A program made the position numbers and the translations under genes. From Myxococcales bacterium (GTDB taxonomy: Bacteria > Myxococcota_A > Polyangia > Haliangiales > Haliangiaceae), in assembly GCA_016717005.1 (NCBI GenBank), contig JADJUF010000037.1, forward strand, positions 759,011-791,010: DNA of 32,000 nt, in the 5' to 3' direction. This document shows, piece after piece, positions 15,459 through 22,172 of the stretch. The stretch's first letter is position 1, and the number at the start of each line of letters is the position of its first letter. The notes under the pieces are model-generated. The model saw nothing but the letters and a program-made list of their open reading frames with translations. It searched no databases and had not been told where the DNA came from.

Positions 15459-15722
15459 TCAGCCCTCGCCGGTGCGGACGAACTTCTCGACCGTGCTCGC
15501 CCTCAGCCCTCGCCGGTGCGGACGAACTTCTCGACCGTGCTCGCCCTCAGCCCTCGCCGGTGCGGACGAACTTCTCGACCGTGCTCGCCCTCAGCCCTCG
15601 CCGGTGCGGACGAACTTCTCGACCGTGCTCGCCCTCAGCCCTCGCCGGTGCGGACGAACTTCTCGACCGTGCTCGCCCTCAGCCCTCGCCGGTGCGGACG
15701 AACTTCTCGACCGTGCTCGCCG
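15459..15722 (-). repeat. Six tandem 44-bp units (five identical plus the real gene end, 43/44) reproducing the last 13 codons + stop of gene 15679..16149
   Basis: Unit tcagccctcgccggtgcggacgaacttctcgaccgtgctcgccc starts at 15459, 15503, 15547, 15591, 15635 and 15679. I checked the copies base by base. The array ends 13 nt upstream of the SWIM gene start. Confidence 0.97.
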
Positions 15723-16149
15723 TCAGCTTGAACGCCTGGCGGACGCGGCCGCGCCGGACCTCCTCGTCGGTCGCGACGTCGGTCACCACCAGGATCGCGT
15801 GGGGATCGTCATCGTCGATCGCGACGTCGAGGTCGGCCTTGACCCGCGCGCCGGCGTCGGTCGTGAACGTCAAGGTCCTGTGCAGGGCCGCGCGCGCCGA
15901 CTGCTCGTGGCGCCGCAGCACCTCGCTCGCGGTCTTGACCAGCGTGGCGAACGCGCCGGCGTCGAGCGGCTTGGGGTTGCGCTTGTCGCGGCCCATCGTC
16001 CACGGCCCCACCAGCGCCGGCTCGTCGTCGCCCACGCGGGTCATGGCCACGGCCCAGCCGTCGTCGTCCTCGTTCTTCTGGACCTGCGCGATCCAGCCGG
16101 CCTTGCGCCAGCGGGTCGGCTCGGTGATGTCCTCGGGAGTCGTCTCCAT
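15679..16149 (-). CDS. Hypothetical acidic cytoplasmic protein
   Basis: ORF 15679..16149-. METTPEDITEPTRWRKAGWIAQVQKNEDDDGWAVAMTRVG... Balanced composition with no signal peptide. Confidence 0.75.
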   Translation of the reverse strand: METTPEDITEPTRWRKAGWIAQVQKNEDDDGWAVAMTRVGDDEPALVGPWTMGRDKRNPKPLDAGAFATLVKTASEVLRRHEQSARAALHRTLTFTTDAGARVKADLDVAIDDDDPHAILVVTDVATDEEVRRGRVRQAFKLTASTVEKFVRTGEG

Positions 16150-16219
16150 CGGGTCACCCTAGCCCGCCCCCATGACGCTCGACGCGGCGCGGCAGGTCGC
16201 ACGCGCACTTGCATAACGT

Positions 16220-16244
16220 GCGCGACCAGAACTTCTGGGCGCGC
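16220..16244. promoter_or_regulatory. 25-bp near-perfect palindrome in a divergent intergenic region (GCGCGACCAGAA-c-TTCTGGGCGCGC)
   Basis: 12-bp arms with one mismatch. It lies between the divergent starts at 16149 (-) and 16262 (+). Confidence 0.35.
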
Positions 16245-16261
16245 TCGCGCGTTGCTCGGGT

Positions 16262-17083
16262 ATGGCGATCCCCGACTCGTCCCGTCCCCTCGCGCCCGCG
16301 CACCTCGCCCCACCTGTGCGCGTCGAGCCGGCGCCGCGCGTCGGCGCGATCGCGACCGCCGCCGCGGTCTCGGTGGCGCTCGCCGCGGGCCTCGGCGGCG
16401 GGCTCATCGCCGCCAGCGCGCCCCGAGCCCACGCCGATCCGTGCGCGCTGCCCGCCGGGCTCGAGCTGACGGCGCTCGACGACGCCGATCGCAGCTGGAT
16501 CGCGCACCGCACCCTGGCGTGCATGGACGTCGCGGCCGGCCGCATCGACGCCGCCGCGTATCGAGCCACCATCGCCGAGCTCGATCACCCGACGCCGACG
16601 CCGGTCGCGACGCCGGCGGCGCCCCCGCCGCCCGCCACGGCCAAGATGGTCTGGGCCACGCGCGTGCTCGGCTTCTCGTCGCAGTGGAGCGACGACGCCT
16701 GGTCGGCCGCGCGCGTGCTCGGCGCGCCCGACGTCGAGGCGCTCGGCACCGACGCGCCCCAGGCCTGGGCGTCGCGCGGCGCCGACGATCGCGACGAGTG
16801 GATCGAGGTCGCGCTGGCGCAGCCGACCCGCCTCGCCGGACTCCGCGTCATCGAGTCGTACAACCCCGGCGCGATCACGCGGGTCGAGGTCGCGGACGCC
16901 GACGGCGCGCGTCGGATCGTCTACTGGGGCGCGGCCGCGCCGCTGGGCCCCGCCGGCCACGAGCTGGCGGTCGCGCTGGGGTGCGCCCAGGCGCCGGTCG
17001 CGAGCATCCGGGTCACCCTCGACTCGCGCGCGGTGATCGGATGGAACGAGCTCGACGCCATCGGCGGCGTCGCCTGCGAGTGA
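16262..17083 (+). CDS. Hypothetical exported or membrane-anchored protein
   Basis: ORF 16262..17083+. It has an N-terminal hydrophobic segment (GAIATAAAVSVALAAGLGGGLIAA), a Pro/Thr linker and a C-terminal ~130-aa domain (MVWATRVLGFSSQWSDDAWSAARVLG...). I cannot assign a family confidently. Confidence 0.7.
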   Translation: MAIPDSSRPLAPAHLAPPVRVEPAPRVGAIATAAAVSVALAAGLGGGLIAASAPRAHADPCALPAGLELTALDDADRSWIAHRTLACMDVAAGRIDAAAYRATIAELDHPTPTPVATPAAPPPPATAKMVWATRVLGFSSQWSDDAWSAARVLGAPDVEALGTDAPQAWASRGADDRDEWIEVALAQPTRLAGLRVIESYNPGAITRVEVADADGARRIVYWGAAAPLGPAGHELAVALGCAQAPVASIRVTLDSRAVIGWNELDAIGGVACE

Positions 17084-17164
17084 CCGCGGCGCCGCCCGCG
17101 CGTGACCGGCGCGACCTGCCCGCGACGCCTGGCGACGCGCGCGGGCTTCGGCGATGCTGCCGCC

Positions 17165-17785
17165 ATGAGCCTCGCGGTCACCGTCGGCATGCGCGCCCAG
17201 CTGACCCAGGACGCCGAGGGGCGCGCCTACTTCGAGGAGGAGCTGGCGCGGCTCGATCGCGCGCTGATCGCCGCCGGCCACGCGCCCCACGTCGAACCCG
17301 CGACGTTCGACGTCGAGGTGCTGCCGTACGCCGACCACGTCCCGTACACCTGGTTGCACCTGCTGCGCCGGGCCTACGCGCACACCCGCCCCGGCGCGGC
17401 GCCGTTCGCGCCCGCGCCGCTCGACTTCGATCCGATGGCCGATCCGCTGCTCGACCTCGAGCTGACGGTCCACCTCGATGCGCACCTGTGCTGCCACTCC
17501 GACGCCGAGGGCTACTACCTGCCGGTCGACCTGGCCGAGATCATCGACGGCGACGTCACCGGGGGGCTGATCGGCTCGTCGGTGGCGCTGGTGCGCGAGC
17601 TGCGCGCGGTCGCCCCGCTGCTCGGCATCCCGGTCACCGCGGCCGGCGTCAGCAGCGCGGTCGCCTACAGCCTGCGCGAGACCGACCAGCTCGATCCGCT
17701 GCACCGCGAGCGGATCACCTGGGGCGTGCTCTGGGCGACCGCCACCGCCAGCGTCGCCAGCGGCGCGCTGCTGGTGTTCCACTGA
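17165..17785 (+). CDS. Hypothetical protein
   Basis: ORF 17102..17785+, ATG 17165. MSLAVTVGMRAQLTQDAEGRAYFEEELARLDRALIAAGH... Balanced composition. Confidence 0.65.
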   Translation: MSLAVTVGMRAQLTQDAEGRAYFEEELARLDRALIAAGHAPHVEPATFDVEVLPYADHVPYTWLHLLRRAYAHTRPGAAPFAPAPLDFDPMADPLLDLELTVHLDAHLCCHSDAEGYYLPVDLAEIIDGDVTGGLIGSSVALVRELRAVAPLLGIPVTAAGVSSAVAYSLRETDQLDPLHRERITWGVLWATATASVASGALLVFH

Positions 17786-17822
17786 CGGCCCCGGGCCCGG
17801 CACCGCGCGCTATCCTGCGGCG

Positions 17823-18623
17823 GTGCCGACCCTGGCCTGGGCCACCGACGTCCACCTCGACTTCGTGACGCCGCGCGAGCTCGACGCGCTGGCCGCGCAG
17901 CTCGCCGCGGCCGGTCCCGACGGCGTCGTGCTCAGCGGCGACCAGTCGACGGCGACCGCGCTGGTCGGGCACCTCGAGCGCCTGGCCGAGCGGCTCGCGC
18001 GCCCGATCTACTTCGTCCTCGGCAACCACGACTGCTACGGCGGCAGCATCGCCGAGGTCCGCGCCCGCGCCCGCGCGCTGACCGCCGCGTCGCCGTGGCT
18101 GCGCTGGCTGCCGGCGTGCGGGCCGATCGACCTCGGCGACGGCTGGGCGCTGATCGGCCACGACGGCTGGGGCGACGCGCGCGCCGGCGACCCCGACGGC
18201 TCGGCGGTCGAGCTCAACGACTGGTACCAGATCCGCGAGCTCACCGGCCTCGATCGCGCGACCCGCTGCGCCGCGCTGCGGGCGCTCGGCGACGAGGCCG
18301 CGGCCCACCTCGCGCGCGCGGCCGCCGCCGCGCTCGCGCGCGCGGCCAAGCTGCTGGTGGTCACGCACGTGCCGCCGTTCGCCGACGCCTGCTGGCACGA
18401 CGGCCGGCGCTCCGACGACGCGTGGCTGCCGTGGTTCACGTGCGTCGCCGCGGGCGACGCGCTGCGCGCCGCGATGGCCGCGCACCCCGACGCCCGCGCG
18501 CTGGTCGTGTGCGGCCACACCCACGGCGGCGGCCAGGTCGACGTCGCGCCGAACCTGCGCGTGCTCACCGGCGGCGCCGACTACGGCGCGCCGGTCGCGC
18601 AGGCGCCGCTGGTCCTGCGCTGA
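17823..18623 (+). CDS. Metallophosphoesterase (calcineurin-like)
   Basis: ORF 17823..18623+ (GTG start). Motifs present: TDVHLD, SGDQ, GNHD, VVTHVPP and CGHTHGG. Confidence 0.85.
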   Translation: MPTLAWATDVHLDFVTPRELDALAAQLAAAGPDGVVLSGDQSTATALVGHLERLAERLARPIYFVLGNHDCYGGSIAEVRARARALTAASPWLRWLPACGPIDLGDGWALIGHDGWGDARAGDPDGSAVELNDWYQIRELTGLDRATRCAALRALGDEAAAHLARAAAAALARAAKLLVVTHVPPFADACWHDGRRSDDAWLPWFTCVAAGDALRAAMAAHPDARALVVCGHTHGGGQVDVAPNLRVLTGGADYGAPVAQAPLVLR

Positions 18624-18781
18624 GGTTCAGCCGGCCTGTCGCCAGGTCGCCAAGGCCTCCGCCGTCGGGGGCAAGCCCCGATAGCGCCCCCACTCATGAC
18701 GCGAGCCTCGGCGCGCGGACCGGTGCCCGAAGAACTGACAGGCGCTGAGCGACCGCGGCCGCCAGCCCGCGCCCGATCCGC

Positions 18782-19195
18782 TCAGCGCGGCGGGGACGTG
18801 ACCGTCAGCGGGATGTCGACGGTGTGCTCGATGCGGCGGCCGTCCTCGCGCTGCAGCCATAGCTGCGCGCGCAGGTGGTCCATGCTGCACTGCTCGATGT
18901 GCAGCTCGCCGGCCGCGAAGCCGGTGTCGGCGTCGGGGTGCTCGGCCGCCGGCACCGCCTTGACGACGAAGCCCTCGAACGACAGCGGCATCGTCGTCGG
19001 CTCGGTCGGGCACTCGACGAACGTCACCTCGAGCGACGCGAGCTCGGGATCCGCCGGCGTCGGGGTGAACGCGAACGTCACCTGGTTGACGCCGGCGCAG
19101 CTGAAGCAATAGGTCCCGGTCGGGCGCGGCGGCGTGCTCGCGCACCCGGCCACGACGATCGCTGCGAGGCCGAGCCCGGACGACGACGTGCGCAT
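18782..19195 (-). CDS. Hypothetical lipoprotein
   Basis: ORF 18782..19195-. N-terminus MRTSSSGLGLAAIVVAGCAST (lipobox VAGC). Confidence 0.75.
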   Translation of the reverse strand: MRTSSSGLGLAAIVVAGCASTPPRPTGTYCFSCAGVNQVTFAFTPTPADPELASLEVTFVECPTEPTTMPLSFEGFVVKAVPAAEHPDADTGFAAGELHIEQCSMDHLRAQLWLQREDGRRIEHTVDIPLTVTSPPR

Positions 19196-19245
19196 GACCC
19201 GTCATACCGCGGCGGCGCCGGCGAAGAGAAGGCCCGACCGCCAGC

Positions 19246-19848
19246 TCACGGCGCGGTGTCGAGGCCGTCGCAGTGGCTGGCGAACAGGTGCCCGACGACG
19301 GTCCCGGCCGCGAAGGTGAGGTCGACGTCGAGGGCGATCAGGCCGTCGGGGTGGCTCGGCGCCGGCGCGCCGACGCAGCTCGGGCACACGTCGGCGGCGA
19401 CGGGGGTCACGGTCACCGCGGTGGCGGCCGCGCCCAGCGGGCCGCCGAGCAGATCGCCACGGAAGTCGAGCAGGTTCCCCGGCGTCGTCGTCGGCGCGGT
19501 GGTCGTCGGCACCGGCACGGCGCCCAGGATCAGCGTGTAGTCCGGCGTCGGCGACGTCATCGTCGGGCAGCCGGCCGCGCCGCCGCGGTGGATCTCGACG
19601 TAGAGCGTCGGCGGCGCGCCGGTCGCGATCGTCACGCCGTAGATGGCGTGATCGAGCGTGCGCACGGCGGCGCCGAAGCGCGCGGTCAGCGCGGTCGTGC
19701 GACACGCGCCCGCGCAGGTCGCGGGCAGGCCGGCGTCGAGGCCCGCGGCGTCGTCAGCGATCACGGCGGCGTCGGGCGCGCTCGACGCGTCGCCGCACGC
19801 GCCCGGGAGCACCGCCAGCGCGAGCAGCCATCTCAGGGTCGCGGCCAT
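19246..19848 (-). CDS. Hypothetical lipoprotein
   Basis: ORF 19246..19848-. N-terminus MAATLRWLLALAVLPGACGD. The mature part has paired Cys and a Thr/Pro-rich stretch. Confidence 0.75.
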   Translation of the reverse strand: MAATLRWLLALAVLPGACGDASSAPDAAVIADDAAGLDAGLPATCAGACRTTALTARFGAAVRTLDHAIYGVTIATGAPPTLYVEIHRGGAAGCPTMTSPTPDYTLILGAVPVPTTTAPTTTPGNLLDFRGDLLGGPLGAAATAVTVTPVAADVCPSCVGAPAPSHPDGLIALDVDLTFAAGTVVGHLFASHCDGLDTAP

Positions 19849-19873
19849 GCGCGCATCGTACTACGCGCGCGCG

Positions 19874-20164
19874 CTACTTCGCCGCGCCGCCGAGGGCGTC
19901 GGTGAGCTGCTGGTAGCGCACGCCGACGTACGAGCCGATCGCCGCGGGCAGCGCGGGCGCGGCGCGGAGGTGCGCGACCAGCGCGCTGTCACCTGCGGCT
20001 CGGTACTGATCGACCAGGCCGTCGTGCCGCGCGCACGCGGGCGTGCGCACGTCGCCGAGGAACGCCATGCCCGCGCCGGGCCCGCACCGGCCGAAGCTGG
20101 CGTCGGCGCCGCCGGTCACGCGGGCGAGCTCGATCGGGTCGACGATGAGCGAGAGTGCGAGCAT
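19874..20164 (-). CDS. Small hypothetical protein (96 aa) with a double-glycine-leader-like N-terminus
   Basis: Inside ORF 19874..20230-. ATG 20164 has GGAG about 9 nt upstream. N-terminus MLALSLIVDPIELARVTGG|ADASFGRCGPG... Strong GC3 bias supports coding. Confidence 0.5.
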   Translation of the reverse strand: MLALSLIVDPIELARVTGGADASFGRCGPGAGMAFLGDVRTPACARHDGLVDQYRAAGDSALVAHLRAAPALPAAIGSYVGVRYQQLTDALGGAAK

Positions 20165-20328
20165 GGGAGCGCTCCGACGAGAGGTCGTCGAGGCTGGGGT
20201 GGTGCAGGCGACGTGCCAGCGGCGCGACACCCGCGCGCGTCCTGGTGACGCCCTCCGCCTGGGGTGGCGCGCTCCGCTGCGCCGACCTCGGTCAGCACGC
20301 GCGCGCGCCCGTCAGCGGATCGCGGGGC

Positions 20329-21036
20329 TCACGGGATGCACTCGCACGCGTACTCCTGGGTGCCGTTGTCGAACCAGTCGTAGAACTGTCCGCTGCTGCT
20401 GACCAGGACGTAGATCTCGCCCATGCGCGCGTTGGGCTGCCCGGGCGCGAACGGTGGATTCGCGAAGGTCTGGTTCTCGACCGTGGTCCAGATACCGTCG
20501 CGCTGCGGATCGGAGATGCCGGCCCAGTAGAACGGCGAGCTGCCGTTCGGATTCACGAAGCTGTAGACCGCGGTCGCTTCACCGGTCGTCTCGGGGATGA
20601 CGAGGTAGCCACCGTCCGACCTGCAGTCGGCCGCGGCGCTGGTCCACAGCGTCAGCGTATTGACCCGTCGATACCGTGACGTGGCCGGCGCCCCGGTGAC
20701 CGCCTGATAGCCGACACAGCGCGGCTGGGCGTCGATCGGCTGGGCGTCGATCGGCTGGGCGTCGATCGGCTGGGCGTCGATCGGGCGGGCGTCGATCGGC
20801 TGGGCGTCGATCGGCTGGGCATCGATCACCTGGGCGTCGATCACCTGGGCGTCGATCACCTGCGCGTCGATCACCTGGGCGTCAGGCGCCGCATCGACCG
20901 CCGCCGCGTCCAGGTCGGCGTCGGGCGTTGCGCCGCCGTCGCCCGGGCCGTCGATCGTCGCGGCGTCCAGGGTCCCCGTGGCGGCGCGCGGATCGAATGC
21001 GCACGAGGCCAGGACGATCAGGGCGAGGTACCGCAT
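20329..21036 (-). CDS. C-type lectin domain lipoprotein with pentapeptide-repeat linker
   Basis: ORF 20329..21036-. N-terminus MRYLALIVLASCAFD (lipobox). Linker (DAQVI)x4 then (DA[QR]PI)x7. C-terminal CTLD hallmarks: WTSAAADCRSDGGYLV, YWAGISDPQRDGIWT and YDWFDNGTQEYACE. Confidence 0.85.
   Translation of the reverse strand: MRYLALIVLASCAFDPRAATGTLDAATIDGPGDGGATPDADLDAAAVDAAPDAQVIDAQVIDAQVIDAQVIDAQPIDAQPIDARPIDAQPIDAQPIDAQPIDAQPRCVGYQAVTGAPATSRYRRVNTLTLWTSAAADCRSDGGYLVIPETTGEATAVYSFVNPNGSSPFYWAGISDPQRDGIWTTVENQTFANPPFAPGQPNARMGEIYVLVSSSGQFYDWFDNGTQEYACECIP
20723..20887 (-). repeat. Eleven in-frame 15-bp tandem repeats inside the lectin gene
   Basis: Seven ggctgggcgtcgatc-type units are followed by four acctgggcgtcgatc-type units. 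They encode DAQPI and DAQVI respectively. Confidence 0.95.
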
Positions 21037-21108
21037 CGCTCCACCCTAGCACCGGCCGCCGGAGCCCGGGGCTCGACCGCGGGGCCCTCCCCCGGCCATC
21101 GATCCGTA

Positions 21109-21124
21109 GAATGAATATTCGTTC
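21109..21124. promoter_or_regulatory. Operator-like 16-bp palindrome, copy 4 (GAATGAATATTCGTTC)
   Basis: It lies in the AT-rich island upstream of gene 21243. It belongs to the same family as 14190, 14285 and 21206. Confidence 0.45.
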
Positions 21125-21134
21125 CAACCCGTGT

Positions 21135-21146
21135 GAATCCGGATTC
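21135..21146. promoter_or_regulatory. Perfect 12-bp palindrome GAATCCGGATTC
   Basis: It shares the outer GAAT/ATTC arms with the 16-bp motif and lies between copies 4 and 3. TTGACA lies at 21162-21167. Confidence 0.3.
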
Positions 21147-21205
21147 GGACCGATTTTCCAGTTGACACGCCGAAATGTGACGGGCCAATTGTTTGTCGAC
21201 AATTC

Positions 21206-21221
21206 GAATGAACATTCATTC
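21206..21221. promoter_or_regulatory. Operator-like 16-bp palindrome, copy 3 (GAATGAACATTCATTC)
   Basis: This is the best palindrome of the four (7-bp arms GAATGAA/TTCATTC). It ends 21 nt before ATG 21243, just upstream of GGAG at 21232-21235. Confidence 0.5.
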
Positions 21222-21242
21222 GATATCACATGGAGACCCAAG

Positions 21243-22163
21243 ATGCTGACCAAGGCCGTCCTCGCCGCCCTCGCCACCCTCTCGACCTGCACCGACCTCC
21301 CCGCGGGTGACACCACCGACCCGCACTACTGGGGCGACCTGTTCCTCGCCAAGTACGCCGACGAGCGGGTGATCGGCGAGCTGGAGCCCGGCCCGACGCC
21401 GCTGGCCCAGCCACGCACGGTCCTGCTCATCACCGGGGTCACGATCCCGGCGGTCTGGTTCGATCCGATCAAGGCCCGGCTCGAGCGCGACGGGTTCCGG
21501 CCGGTGGTGTACGAGCCGCCGGATCTGCTCAGCGGCGACCTGTTCGAGAACTCCGAGCGGCTCGCGGTCGTGGTCGACGAGCTCCGCGCCCAGACCGGCG
21601 AGGACAAGATCGACATCCTGGCCGAGTGCACCGGCGGGCTGATCGCGCGCCACTACATCCAGGCGCTCGGCGGCGACGAGCACGTGTCGCGGCTGGTCAC
21701 GTTCATCTCGCCGCAGCACGGCCTCCCCAAGGCGCCCCTGGCCGCCGCCTACGCGGGCTGGCCGGCCCTCGACGACCTGTCGCCGGGCAGCGCGTTCCTC
21801 GAGACCGTCAACAGCGCGCCGCTGCCGGCGACCGTGCCGGTGACGTCGATCTACACGTGCACCGACGAGTACATCCAGCCGTACCGGACGTCGATCATCC
21901 CGGGCGCGACCAACATCGGGCTCGGCTGCGACGGCGAGTTCGTCGGGCACTTCCAGTTCTTCTACGACGCCGAGATCTACCTGGTCATGCACGCCGCGCT
22001 GGTGCAGCCGGTGGCCGGCGACCCGACGACGACGCCCCCGACCGAGGAGGTCGACGTCAGCGGCGGCTGCGCCGCGGGCGGCCACGCCAGCGGCGGCGCC
22101 GGCCTGCTGGTCCTGGGCGCCGCGCTGGTCGGGCGTCGTCGCCGTCGCGCGCCGCGCGCGTGA
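21243..22163 (+). CDS. Lipase class-2-fold alpha/beta hydrolase with Cys at the nucleophile position, N-terminal lipobox and C-terminal MYXO-CTERM-type sorting tail
   Basis: This is the tail of track ORF 20928..22163+, ATG 21243: [41 protein letters not shown] aligns with Bacillus LipA [33 protein letters not shown] and VGHFQFFY align with the LipA Asp and His strands. C-terminus [34 protein letters not shown]. Confidence 0.85.
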   Translation: [306 protein letters not shown]

Positions 22164-22172
22164 TCACGCGCG
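22155..22172. terminator. Perfect 18-bp palindrome CGCGCGTGATCACGCGCG containing the stop codon of gene 21243..22163
   Basis: TGA 22161-22163 is at the centre. A related CGCGCGTGATCACTCGCGC overlaps the stop of the convergent msrA gene (22277-22279). Confidence 0.35.
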
